In this document: positions 30,719 through 38,697 of the stretch, piece after piece
Numbering within the stretch: the first letter of the stretch is position 1
Layout of the letters: each line of letters opens with the position of its first letter
DNA from: Candidatus Dormiibacterota bacterium
GTDB lineage: Bacteria > Chloroflexota > Dormibacteria > Aeolococcales > Aeolococcaceae
Direction of reading: 5' to 3'
Assembly: GCA_035995545.1 (NCBI GenBank)
Contig: DASYKI010000003.1
Span: forward strand, 540-64,539
DNA length: 64,000 nt
Made by a program: the position numbers and the translations under genes
The notes under the pieces: generated by a model
What the model was told of the DNA's origin: nothing
The model's database searches: none
What the model saw: only the letters and a program-made list of their open reading frames with translations

Positions 30719-32419
30719 ATGTCTGATTCTCGAAAAGCTTCGCGTATACTCCGGCACGGGATGGACGACAAGGTCATCGTCGATCTCCTTCGGCAGGTTG
30801 GGAACCTGTTCACCTCGTCGCTCGAGCTGAAGGAGACCATCGACTTCATGCTCAAGGCCACCTCCGACTTGGTGGCTTGTGACGCAGCAACGGTCTTTCT
30901 CACCGACCCGGGTGGTTCGTCGCTGACCGCCATCGCAACCTTTCCGTTCACCGAGAACGTCGAGCGGGTGGCCAGGTTCAACCTCGGCGAGGGTATCGTC
31001 GGCTGGGCCGCCCAGAAGCGCAAGGTGGTGTCCGTCGCCGACGCCACCAAGGACCAGCGTTTCAAGTCGCTGGACCTGGCCTACGCACCGCGCTCCTGCC
31101 TGGTGATGCCGCTGGAGTCGCCGCGACACCTGGTGGGCGCGCTGACCGTGGCGCGGCGCCAGGTGCAGCCGTTCACCAACATCGAGCAGGCGCTGGTGCA
31201 GATCATCGCCAACCAGGCGGCGATCAGCATCGACAACGCGCGACTCTACGAGGCCCAGAAGGGACAGCTCGCCGAGATCGCATCGCAGAAGCGAGAGCTG
31301 GAAGTCGCCAACGCGCAGATCCGCGAGATCTCGCGTTTGAAGAGCGAGTTCCTCGCCAACATGAGCCACGAGCTGCGCACCCCGCTCAACGCCATCCTCG
31401 GTTTCAGCGAGATCCTCAAAGACAATCTCGCCGGCGAGCTGACTCCGCAGCAGCGCCAGGAGTGCCTGGAGAGCATCCACACTTCTGGCCGACATCTGCT
31501 GGAACTCGTCAACGACGTCCTCGACCTGAGCAAGATCGAGGCGGGACGCATGGAGCTCTCCTACGACTCCTTCCGCGTCGCCACCGCGTTCCGCGAGGTG
31601 CACAACGTCATCCGCTCGCTGAGCGAACGTCGCGAGCTGGAGCTGTCCGAGGACATCCTCCCCGAGGACCTCGAAGTTCGTGCCGACAAGAGCAAATTCA
31701 AGCAGGTCATGTACAACCTGCTGAGCAACGCCATCAAGTTCACCCCCGCGGGGGGACGCATCTGGGTGCGCTCCCGCCACGTCGGCGACGACCTGGTGGT
31801 CGAGGTCGGCGACACCGGCATCGGCATCGCCCCCGAACACCAGGAGGCGGTGTTCAGCGAGTTCTACCAGATCGACAACCCGACCACCCGGCAGGCGCAG
31901 GGCACCGGCCTCGGCCTGTCGCTGACCCGCCGCATCGTCCAGCTCCACGGCGGCAGCATCGTGGTCGAGAGCGCGCCCGGGCAGGGCTCGGTGTTCACCT
32001 TCCGGGTGCCGCTGGGGGGCATCGACCGCAGCAACGGCCACGCCCACAACCGCATCCTGCTCATCGAGGACAATCCGAGCAATCGAGAATTGACCATGAT
32101 GGTCCTCAACGGCAACGGATTCCACGTCGACATCGCCGAGGACGGGCAGGAGGGCCTGCAGAAGGTCCGCACCAATCTCTACGATCTTGTGCTCATGGAC
32201 GTGCGCCTCCCCGGCATGGACGGCCTGACTCTGACTAGGATGCTCAAGAGCGACCCCAAGACCGCGGCCATCCCCGTGGTCGCGCTCAGTGCCCACGCCA
32301 TGAAGGGCGACGAGCAGGAGGCCCTGGCGGCCGGCTGCGCGGGATACATCACCAAACCGATCGAGGTCTCGAAGTTCGTGCGGCAGATCACCGGCTACTT
32401 GGAGGCGGCCAGCAGATGA
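30719..32419 (+). CDS. hybrid sensor histidine kinase (GAF + HisKA + HATPase_c + C-terminal receiver), cytoplasmic
   Basis: The GAF region ends in DNARLY. The H-box reads MSHELRTPLNAILGFSEIL, and the G boxes are DTGIGI and GTGLGLS. The receiver domain reads ILLIEDNPSNRE ... LVLMDVRLPGMDG. An alternative ATG lies at 30761, just downstream of a TATACT hexamer. Confidence 0.85.
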   Translation: MSDSRKASRILRHGMDDKVIVDLLRQVGNLFTSSLELKETIDFMLKATSDLVACDAATVFLTDPGGSSLTAIATFPFTENVERVARFNLGEGIVGWAAQKRKVVSVADATKDQRFKSLDLAYAPRSCLVMPLESPRHLVGALTVARRQVQPFTNIEQALVQIIANQAAISIDNARLYEAQKGQLAEIASQKRELEVANAQIREISRLKSEFLANMSHELRTPLNAILGFSEILKDNLAGELTPQQRQECLESIHTSGRHLLELVNDVLDLSKIEAGRMELSYDSFRVATAFREVHNVIRSLSERRELELSEDILPEDLEVRADKSKFKQVMYNLLSNAIKFTPAGGRIWVRSRHVGDDLVVEVGDTGIGIAPEHQEAVFSEFYQIDNPTTRQAQGTGLGLSLTRRIVQLHGGSIVVESAPGQGSVFTFRVPLGGIDRSNGHAHNRILLIEDNPSNRELTMMVLNGNGFHVDIAEDGQEGLQKVRTNLYDLVLMDVRLPGMDGLTLTRMLKSDPKTAAIPVVALSAHAMKGDEQEALAAGCAGYITKPIEVSKFVRQITGYLEAASR

Positions 32420-33114
32420 CAGGTGCGGGCAAGACCATCCTCATCGTCGAGGACGACCAGCCATCCAGGGAGGTCGTCCGGCTCGCCTGCCAGGCCCAGA
32501 ACCACACCCTGATCGAGGCCACCACCGGCAGCGACGGCCTGACCATGGCCCGCGAGGGGAACCCCGACCTGATCATCCTCGACGTCAACCTGCCCGGAAT
32601 GAGCGGTTTGGACGTCTGCCGCCGGCTCCGATCCGAGGGGTCGCGGGTGCCGATCATCATGCTCACCGCCAAGTCGGACACCATCGACGTGGTGGTCGGC
32701 CTGGAGCTCGGCGCCGACGACTATGTGACCAAGCCCTTCGAGGTGCGCGAGCTGATGGCTCGCATCGGCGCCCACCTGCGCCGCAGCGAGATCAGCGCCC
32801 AGGAGGCCCCCCGCGACCGCTTCGAGTTCCCCGGCCTGATCATCGACCTGGGCCGCCGCCAGGTCTTCCGCGACGGCGAGGAGGTCCTGCTCACCCTCAC
32901 CGAGTTCAACCTGCTGGCCCTTCTGGCCTCCCGTCCCGGCCAGGTGATGAGCCGCGGCGAGCTGCTCCGCCGGGTCTGGGGCTACGAGGTGGAGATCGAG
33001 ACCCGCACCGTGGACGCCCACGTCTACCGGCTGCGGCGCAAGATCGAGCCCGAGGCGGAGAAGCCGACCTACATCCACAGCGTCCCGGGCATCGGGTACA
33101 GGTTCGCGGGCTAA
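32416..33114 (+). CDS. OmpR-family response regulator (REC + winged-helix)
   Basis: The receiver domain (ILIVEDD ... LIILDVNLPGMSG) is followed by a trans_reg_C domain (RVWGYEVEIETRTVDAHVYRLRRKI). The start overlaps the kinase stop. Confidence 0.9.
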   Translation: MTGAGKTILIVEDDQPSREVVRLACQAQNHTLIEATTGSDGLTMAREGNPDLIILDVNLPGMSGLDVCRRLRSEGSRVPIIMLTAKSDTIDVVVGLELGADDYVTKPFEVRELMARIGAHLRRSEISAQEAPRDRFEFPGLIIDLGRRQVFRDGEEVLLTLTEFNLLALLASRPGQVMSRGELLRRVWGYEVEIETRTVDAHVYRLRRKIEPEAEKPTYIHSVPGIGYRFAG

Positions 33115-33182
33115 GCCCACCCCCAGGGACACGTGACGGCCCCGTCAGGGGATCACCACTGGTCGGCGCCCATGATGGCGCC

Positions 33183-33881
33183 ATGCATGCGGCCCCCCCG
33201 GGCCGCCATGGCAACTCCCCCCACCCGGCACCCCCCGACGTTTCCCCCCTGTGCGAGCACGCCCGTGCCCGCCGCCGTCGCAGCCAACGCCGCGGCCAGA
33301 GCCTGGTCGAGTTCGCCCTGGTGGCGCCGATCTTCGTGCTCGCGGTGTTCGCCATGGTCGATGGCGGGCTCCTGCTCTACTCGATCAACACCGTGGACCA
33401 GGCGGCGACGGTGGGCAGCAACACCCTGGCCGCGGCCGGGCGCGACTCGCTCGCCGACATCACCGCCGTGCAGCGCATGGCCGGCGCCGGCCTGGGGGCG
33501 ACCTCGCTGGTCACCGTCACCGAGATCGACGTGATGCAGCTGGCCGACAACCCCGCGGGCGGCTTCCAGACCAACCCCGACGGCTCGCCGAAGATCCAGA
33601 CCGGCTGCGCCGGCGGACCCAACGGCGGCCAGTGCGTCGACCGCTACTCCTACACCGGTGGCGGCAGCACGCCGGCGGTGACGGTGATCAACGGCACCTG
33701 TCCCGCGGCGCAGGACGCGTCGCAGTGCCCGCCCTGGCCGCCGTCGGCGCGCAACGTCGCCAACGGGACCAGCTCGTTTGTCGGCCTGAAGATCCTCTAC
33801 ACCTACCGGTACTTCACCGGGATCGCGGCGACGCTGTCGCTGACGGCCACCAAGACGTTCCGCCTGGAGCCGCAGACGTGA
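33183..33881 (+). CDS. TadE-like Flp-pilus minor pilin / pseudopilin
   Basis: The TadE N-terminal motif GQSLVEFALVAPIFVLAVFAMVDGG is preceded by a Pro-rich 38-aa extension that is encoded by four C6-C7 tracts. The start is uncertain. Confidence 0.6.
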   Translation: MHAAPPGRHGNSPHPAPPDVSPLCEHARARRRRSQRRGQSLVEFALVAPIFVLAVFAMVDGGLLLYSINTVDQAATVGSNTLAAAGRDSLADITAVQRMAGAGLGATSLVTVTEIDVMQLADNPAGGFQTNPDGSPKIQTGCAGGPNGGQCVDRYSYTGGGSTPAVTVINGTCPAAQDASQCPPWPPSARNVANGTSSFVGLKILYTYRYFTGIAATLSLTATKTFRLEPQT

Positions 33882-34543
33882 TGTCCCGTCCGGATGTGCG
33901 CAGGACATCGGCGCGCGGCCAGTCCACCGTCGAGCTGCTGCTGGTGCTCCCCGTCGTGCTGCTGCTCATGTTCGGCGTCTACACCGCGGCCGGATTCATC
34001 GCCGACCGGCAGGTCGCCGGGCAGGCGGTGCGCGCCGGCGCCCGGCTCGGCGCCGAGATGGGCAGCAACCAGTTCCACACCGGCCAGGCCGCCTACCCCG
34101 GCACCTGCATGGGCAGCGGCACCGACCCCTGCATCGTCGACAACGCGATGGTCACCAGCGTGGTCACCATCGCCCGCAACCTGAGCAACGTGCTCAGCGT
34201 CGACGAGATCGACATCTACTCGCCCTGCGCGATCGCCGGTGGCACCTGCAGCACGTCGACGCAGGCGTGCCCGACCACGCTCAGCGGTCTCGACGGGCGC
34301 CTTCAGTCCGGCGACCCGGTGGACGTGTACAAGCCCAACGCGCAGGGCAAGTGGGTGCTCACCCAACCGGCCGGCGCCACCCAGTACACGCTCGACCTGC
34401 GCAGGCAGAACCATCCCAGCGAGTCGCTGATCGCGGTGCGACTCGCCTACACCTTCAAGGCGTCGGCACCGATGAGCTTCTTCAACATGCAGACGTCCGA
34501 ATACGCCGCCATGTGCCTGGCGCCCAACGCCTCGGGAGGCTGA
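33881..34543 (+). CDS. TadE-like Flp-pilus assembly protein
   Basis: The ATG overlaps the previous stop (TGATG). The N-terminal motif reads GQSTVELLLVLPVVLLLMFGV. Confidence 0.6.
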   Translation: MSRPDVRRTSARGQSTVELLLVLPVVLLLMFGVYTAAGFIADRQVAGQAVRAGARLGAEMGSNQFHTGQAAYPGTCMGSGTDPCIVDNAMVTSVVTIARNLSNVLSVDEIDIYSPCAIAGGTCSTSTQACPTTLSGLDGRLQSGDPVDVYKPNAQGKWVLTQPAGATQYTLDLRRQNHPSESLIAVRLAYTFKASAPMSFFNMQTSEYAAMCLAPNASGG

Positions 34544-34544
34544 G

Positions 34545-36419
34545 ATGCACGCACGACGTCGCCGCGCTTGGCGCGGCCAGGCAGGACAGGTCATGGTGGT
34601 CTTCGCACTGCTTGCCACCGTGCTGTTCGCCGTCGCCGGCCTCGCCGTCGACGCCGGCATCAGCTATCTCACCGACAACCAGGCGGAGCGCGCCGCCGCC
34701 GCCGGTGCGCTCGCCGGCGTGCCCTACATGCCCAACGGTTGGGGCAGCAGTGCCGACGGCGCCGCCAGGTCCGCGTCGGCGCGCAACGGCTTCGCCGACG
34801 GCGGCACCCGCAACGGGCACAGCGTCGCGGTGTCGCTGGCGCGCTATCCCGCCGGCTGCGGCAGCGTCGCCTCGCCGTGCGACTCCAACAAGCTCACCGT
34901 GTCGGTGACCTCGTGGGCGCAGACCAGCTTCCTGCGCATGCTCGGCTTCGGCGATCACCAGGTCGTGGCCAGCGCCACCGCCTTCTACCTGCCGCCGATC
35001 GCGCTCGGCCAGCCCGGCGCGCAGCTGGGCAGCAGCGTCGACGCCCTGGGCAGCGCCAACAACTACTACATCCTGCGCCACGAGGGCTACGGCAACGACC
35101 GCCAGGAGGGCGACGCCTTCACCCCCACCACCACGCAGCAGACCTTCAACTCCTCGAACGGCTGCGATGTCACCGAGAACACCGCGGGATACGGCAGCTC
35201 CACCGACTCGCACTCGCTGAGCGCGTCGGCGGGGACCGACGTGTCGAGCATGCCGGCACCGTACAACCCGCTGCCCTCACGCGGCGGCTACAACTACGCG
35301 ATCACGGTGCCGAGCACCGTCGCGCAGGCGTCGGTGCGTGTCTACAACCCGGCGTTCGCGCCCGACGGTGGCTACAACCCCAACCCCAATTACGGAACGT
35401 CGAGCAACTACACCCTGCACGAGCAGGACGGCAGCTTCTCCGGCAACGGCTCGACGTCGCAGTACTCGGCGCTGGAGTACACCATCTTCAAGGTGGTCGA
35501 CGTCTTCGACCACACCCAGGACGTGCCGCTGTCGCAGGTGGTCGTCGATCCCATCAACGCCGACCCCAACAACAGCAGCTACACCGACGTCAGCAACGGG
35601 CAGAGCATCCCCGCGTCGGTGGTGAGCTACGCGTACCACGGCTGGGTCGACGTCGGCAATCCCAGCTCGACGTCGTGGACCGCGGGCGGCAAGACCTACA
35701 AGCTGATCAACGTGCTGCAGTCGCTGAGCGGCGGGACGCTGGGACCGGGCAACTACCGGCTGCGCGTCGACATGCTCGACTACAAGGGGCGGCGTCCCAC
35801 CGAGGACGTCGGTGCCCTGCCCTGCTCGCGCGCGCACAAGGGCTACGCGCTGCAGCTGTCCACACCCAGGTCGGGCGGCGGCTACCAGAGCTGCAACGAC
35901 CCCGCCTGCAACGTCAGCGGCATCGGCGAGATGGCCGTCTACACGCCCATCGTCAGCAGCGGGGGGTCGTTCTCGCTGCCGGTCTTCCAGCTCTCCAAGG
36001 ACTACCGCGCCAAGACGGTGAACTTCTTCATCTTCGACCCCGGCGACGTCAGCGGCTCCAACACGCTGACGGTGGTCAACCCCGACACCGGCGCGGTGCT
36101 CACCGCCGACCCCGGCGCCGCGGTGAACATCTACGACCTCGGCGTCAGCCGCAACGTCACGCCGACGCCGTCGATGCTGGTCAACACCCTGTACCCCGGC
36201 TCGCAGCCCAGCACCACCAGGGCCAGCCTGCAGACAGTCGTCAACGGCAGCAACGTCTACAACAGCCACTGGCTGCTCTTCGAGCTGCCCATCCCCGCGA
36301 CGTACAACGGCGGCGCGGGCAGCTACTGGACACTGCAGTACACCGTCAACGGCCAGGCCGGCGACACCGTGACCCTCGCCGTCAGCTACGGCGGGTCGGC
36401 GGTGCACCTGATCAACTAG
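34545..36419 (+). CDS. TadG-like (Tad pilus-assembly) large pseudopilin; the Ser/Thr/Asn/Gly-rich beta region has no further recognisable domain
   Basis: 624 aa. The N-terminus GQAGQVMVVFALLATVLFAVAGLAVDAG is the Tad N-terminal motif. The remainder is low-complexity beta-rich. Confidence 0.55.
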   Translation: MHARRRRAWRGQAGQVMVVFALLATVLFAVAGLAVDAGISYLTDNQAERAAAAGALAGVPYMPNGWGSSADGAARSASARNGFADGGTRNGHSVAVSLARYPAGCGSVASPCDSNKLTVSVTSWAQTSFLRMLGFGDHQVVASATAFYLPPIALGQPGAQLGSSVDALGSANNYYILRHEGYGNDRQEGDAFTPTTTQQTFNSSNGCDVTENTAGYGSSTDSHSLSASAGTDVSSMPAPYNPLPSRGGYNYAITVPSTVAQASVRVYNPAFAPDGGYNPNPNYGTSSNYTLHEQDGSFSGNGSTSQYSALEYTIFKVVDVFDHTQDVPLSQVVVDPINADPNNSSYTDVSNGQSIPASVVSYAYHGWVDVGNPSSTSWTAGGKTYKLINVLQSLSGGTLGPGNYRLRVDMLDYKGRRPTEDVGALPCSRAHKGYALQLSTPRSGGGYQSCNDPACNVSGIGEMAVYTPIVSSGGSFSLPVFQLSKDYRAKTVNFFIFDPGDVSGSNTLTVVNPDTGAVLTADPGAAVNIYDLGVSRNVTPTPSMLVNTLYPGSQPSTTRASLQTVVNGSNVYNSHWLLFELPIPATYNGGAGSYWTLQYTVNGQAGDTVTLAVSYGGSAVHLIN

Positions 36420-37078
36420 ACCTCGACCAGCACCTCGACGGCCGCGTCGCGCCCGATCGCGCTGGTCGCCCCGTCGACCTCCAGCCCCAGAGCCGGACCG
36501 TCGCTGCCGGTGACGCGCACCTCGGTGCCGAGCCCGATGCCCAGCCGCTTGAGCTGGGCGAGCAGGTCGTGCTCCTCGTGGGCGATGCGCCGGACCACCC
36601 CGCTCTCGCCCTGCCCCAGGTCGCTGAGGCGGCGCAGCGCCAGGTCCGGCTCGGGGGTGCCGTCCTCCATGATCGGGTGCCCGTGCGGACACGTCTCCGG
36701 GTGCCCCAGGAAGGCGGCCAGCCGCTCGGTCACCCGCGGCGAGAAGGCGTGCTCGAGGCGATGCGCCTCCTCGTGGACGTCCTCCCAGCCGAAGCCGAGC
36801 ACGTCGACCAGGAGGCGCTCGGCCAGCCGGTGCCGCGATACCAGGGTGCGGGCCAGGTGCAGCCCGCTGGCGCTGAGCTCGATGCGGCGTGAGCCGGTGA
36901 GCAGCCCGCTGGCGCGCAGCCGGGCGACCATCTCGGTGACCGCGGCGGGGGAGACGCCGAGCTGCTCGGCGAGCTGGGTGCCCAGCACCGGTCCGCCGCT
37001 GACGGCGAGCCGGTAGATGCTGACCATGTAGTCCTCGATGGTCGAGCTGGGCCGCAGCGGAGTGGCGTGCGCGTCCAC
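36416..37078 (-). CDS. DtxR/IdeR-family metal-dependent transcriptional repressor with a C-terminal SH3-like (FeoA) domain
   Basis: The N-terminal HTH reads STIEDYMVSIYRL ... GTQLAEQLGVSPAAVTEMVARL. The metal-site residues HEEAHRLEH are present. Its stop overlaps the convergent tadG-like stop. Confidence 0.85.
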   Translation of the reverse strand: MDAHATPLRPSSTIEDYMVSIYRLAVSGGPVLGTQLAEQLGVSPAAVTEMVARLRASGLLTGSRRIELSASGLHLARTLVSRHRLAERLLVDVLGFGWEDVHEEAHRLEHAFSPRVTERLAAFLGHPETCPHGHPIMEDGTPEPDLALRRLSDLGQGESGVVRRIAHEEHDLLAQLKRLGIGLGTEVRVTGSDGPALGLEVDGATSAIGRDAAVEVLVEV

Positions 37079-37101
37079 GGTGCCGAACAGCGTAGCCGAG
37101 C

Positions 37102-37506
37102 TCAGACGGTGTCGGGCCTGAGCACCATCAGCCGCACCCGCGATGCGGCCAGGTCGCGCCCGGCGGAGTCGCGGATGCTCACCTGCCAGGCCTGGGTGCG
37201 CCGCCCGGCGTGCAGCGGGGTGGCCTCGAAGATCACCTCGGTGCCGGCGCCGGCGGCGCGCAGGAAGGTGGTGTGGTTCTCCAGCCCGACGGCCCCGTTC
37301 TCGGGGTCGTACTGCATCCCGTTGAGATGGGCGCCGAAGCTGGCCGCCGATTCGGCGACCGCGCAGTAGACGCCGCCGTGGACGATCCCGTAGGGCTGGA
37401 GGTGGCGCTCGTCGATGACCAGGCGGGCGACCACGCGGGTGGGAGAGAGCTCGTCCCAGGTCACCCCCAGGAGGTCGTTGAACCCGCCCTGGTCCTGGTT
37501 CTCCAC
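37102..37506 (-). CDS. hotdog-fold acyl-CoA thioesterase (PaaI/YbgC-like)
   Basis: 134 aa from the GTG start. The motif IVHGGVYCAVAESAASFGA is typical of 4HBT/PaaI thioesterases. The longer track ORF overlaps the upstream gene. Confidence 0.7.
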   Translation of the reverse strand: MENQDQGGFNDLLGVTWDELSPTRVVARLVIDERHLQPYGIVHGGVYCAVAESAASFGAHLNGMQYDPENGAVGLENHTTFLRAAGAGTEVIFEATPLHAGRRTQAWQVSIRDSAGRDLAASRVRLMVLRPDTV

Positions 37507-37523
37507 GCTGGCAGCCCCCGGCC

Positions 37524-38417
37524 TCAGTAGATGAAGCCGATCAGGTCGATGCTGCTGCTGGTCACCGTGCGGGTGTCGTAGACGCCGAGGCCGCGGACGT
37601 TCATCTCCGAGATCACGAAGCTGCCGTCGGGGTTGACCTTCTCGACGTAGGCGACGTGGCCCACCCAGCTGCCCCACATCACCACGATGGCGCCGGCCAC
37701 CGGGGTGTGCCCCTCGGGCCGCCCGGCGCCGCGGGCGTTGCGGTACCACATCCAGGCGTCGCCGTTCCAGCTCACATGGCGCTTGGTCGACACGTAGTAG
37801 GTGCACTGGCCCCAGGGGAAGCCGGAGTTGGAGGAGCCGCCGTGCTGGTACTCCGCCGCGGGCACGGCGGGGCGGTTGTTGGCGTTGGGGACCACCCAGC
37901 CGGAGGCGATGGCCTCGCCGCCGGCCGCCTGCGCGGGGATCTGCAGCCAGCTTCCCGCGGCCTGCGGCGTGTCGGCGCGCAGCGCGTTGTAGTCCAGGAT
38001 GATCCGGGGATCGAGCCCCAGGCGGGCGGCGAAGCTGCTCGGCTTCTCGTTGGCACGCACCTGGACCAGGGCGCCGGGGCCGGGCGGGACCAGCAGCGCC
38101 GCGCCGGTGGCGGGCTCGCTGTCCTCGGGCAGCTGGTTGGCCCAGCGCATGGCGGCGGCGTCGGCATGGAAGGACGCGGCCAGGGCCGCCAGGGTGTCGC
38201 CCTTGTTGACCACGATGGTCTGTGCCGGGCGCTGTGGAATCGACGGGGCCGAAGCGCCGCGCTCGATGGTGGCGCCGCTGCGCGAGGCGTCATCTCCGGC
38301 CGATGCCAGGGCTGGCAGCGACGGGAGGTGGCTCACCGCATGTGGCACGAGCATCGGCAGCGTCAGGGCGGCCATCACCACGAAGCCGTGTCGCAGGAAT
38401 CGCTCACGCACCGCCAA
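37524..38417 (-). CDS. secreted LysM + CHAP domain peptidoglycan hydrolase
   Basis: A signal peptide is followed by a LysM domain (IVVNKGDTLAALAASF). The C-terminal CHAP domain has catalytic Cys in GQCTYYV and His in GHVAYVE. Confidence 0.8.
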   Translation of the reverse strand: MAVRERFLRHGFVVMAALTLPMLVPHAVSHLPSLPALASAGDDASRSGATIERGASAPSIPQRPAQTIVVNKGDTLAALAASFHADAAAMRWANQLPEDSEPATGAALLVPPGPGALVQVRANEKPSSFAARLGLDPRIILDYNALRADTPQAAGSWLQIPAQAAGGEAIASGWVVPNANNRPAVPAAEYQHGGSSNSGFPWGQCTYYVSTKRHVSWNGDAWMWYRNARGAGRPEGHTPVAGAIVVMWGSWVGHVAYVEKVNPDGSFVISEMNVRGLGVYDTRTVTSSSIDLIGFIY

Positions 38418-38697
38418 TAGATATCCCTTGCACGAGTGCTGCCCTCTGCCGGATCACGCTCACCGCGCACTCCCTCCCCGCAGCGCGACCCGACCCCGGG
38501 CCGAGTGAGCAAACCGCGCCGCAGGCTACCAGATGCCTCCTAGGGAAATCAAACGTGGCCGGCTGAACTTAACCTGCGAGGCGATTGCTTTCTTCAACGC
38601 GATTGTCAGACAAGGCCCCAGGAAGGCTGGGTACCTTCGTGATAGCTTCCTAGGCACGTCTTCGACGTGTCGACCCGTGGGCGATCGGAGGTCCGGA

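Noticed and set aside
33115-33182. Near-palindrome GGCGCCCATGATGGCGCC upstream of the tadE-like gene, considered as an operator.
   Set aside because: It is imperfect and is built from the very common GGCGCC hexamer in a GC-rich background. I left it as unconfirmed.
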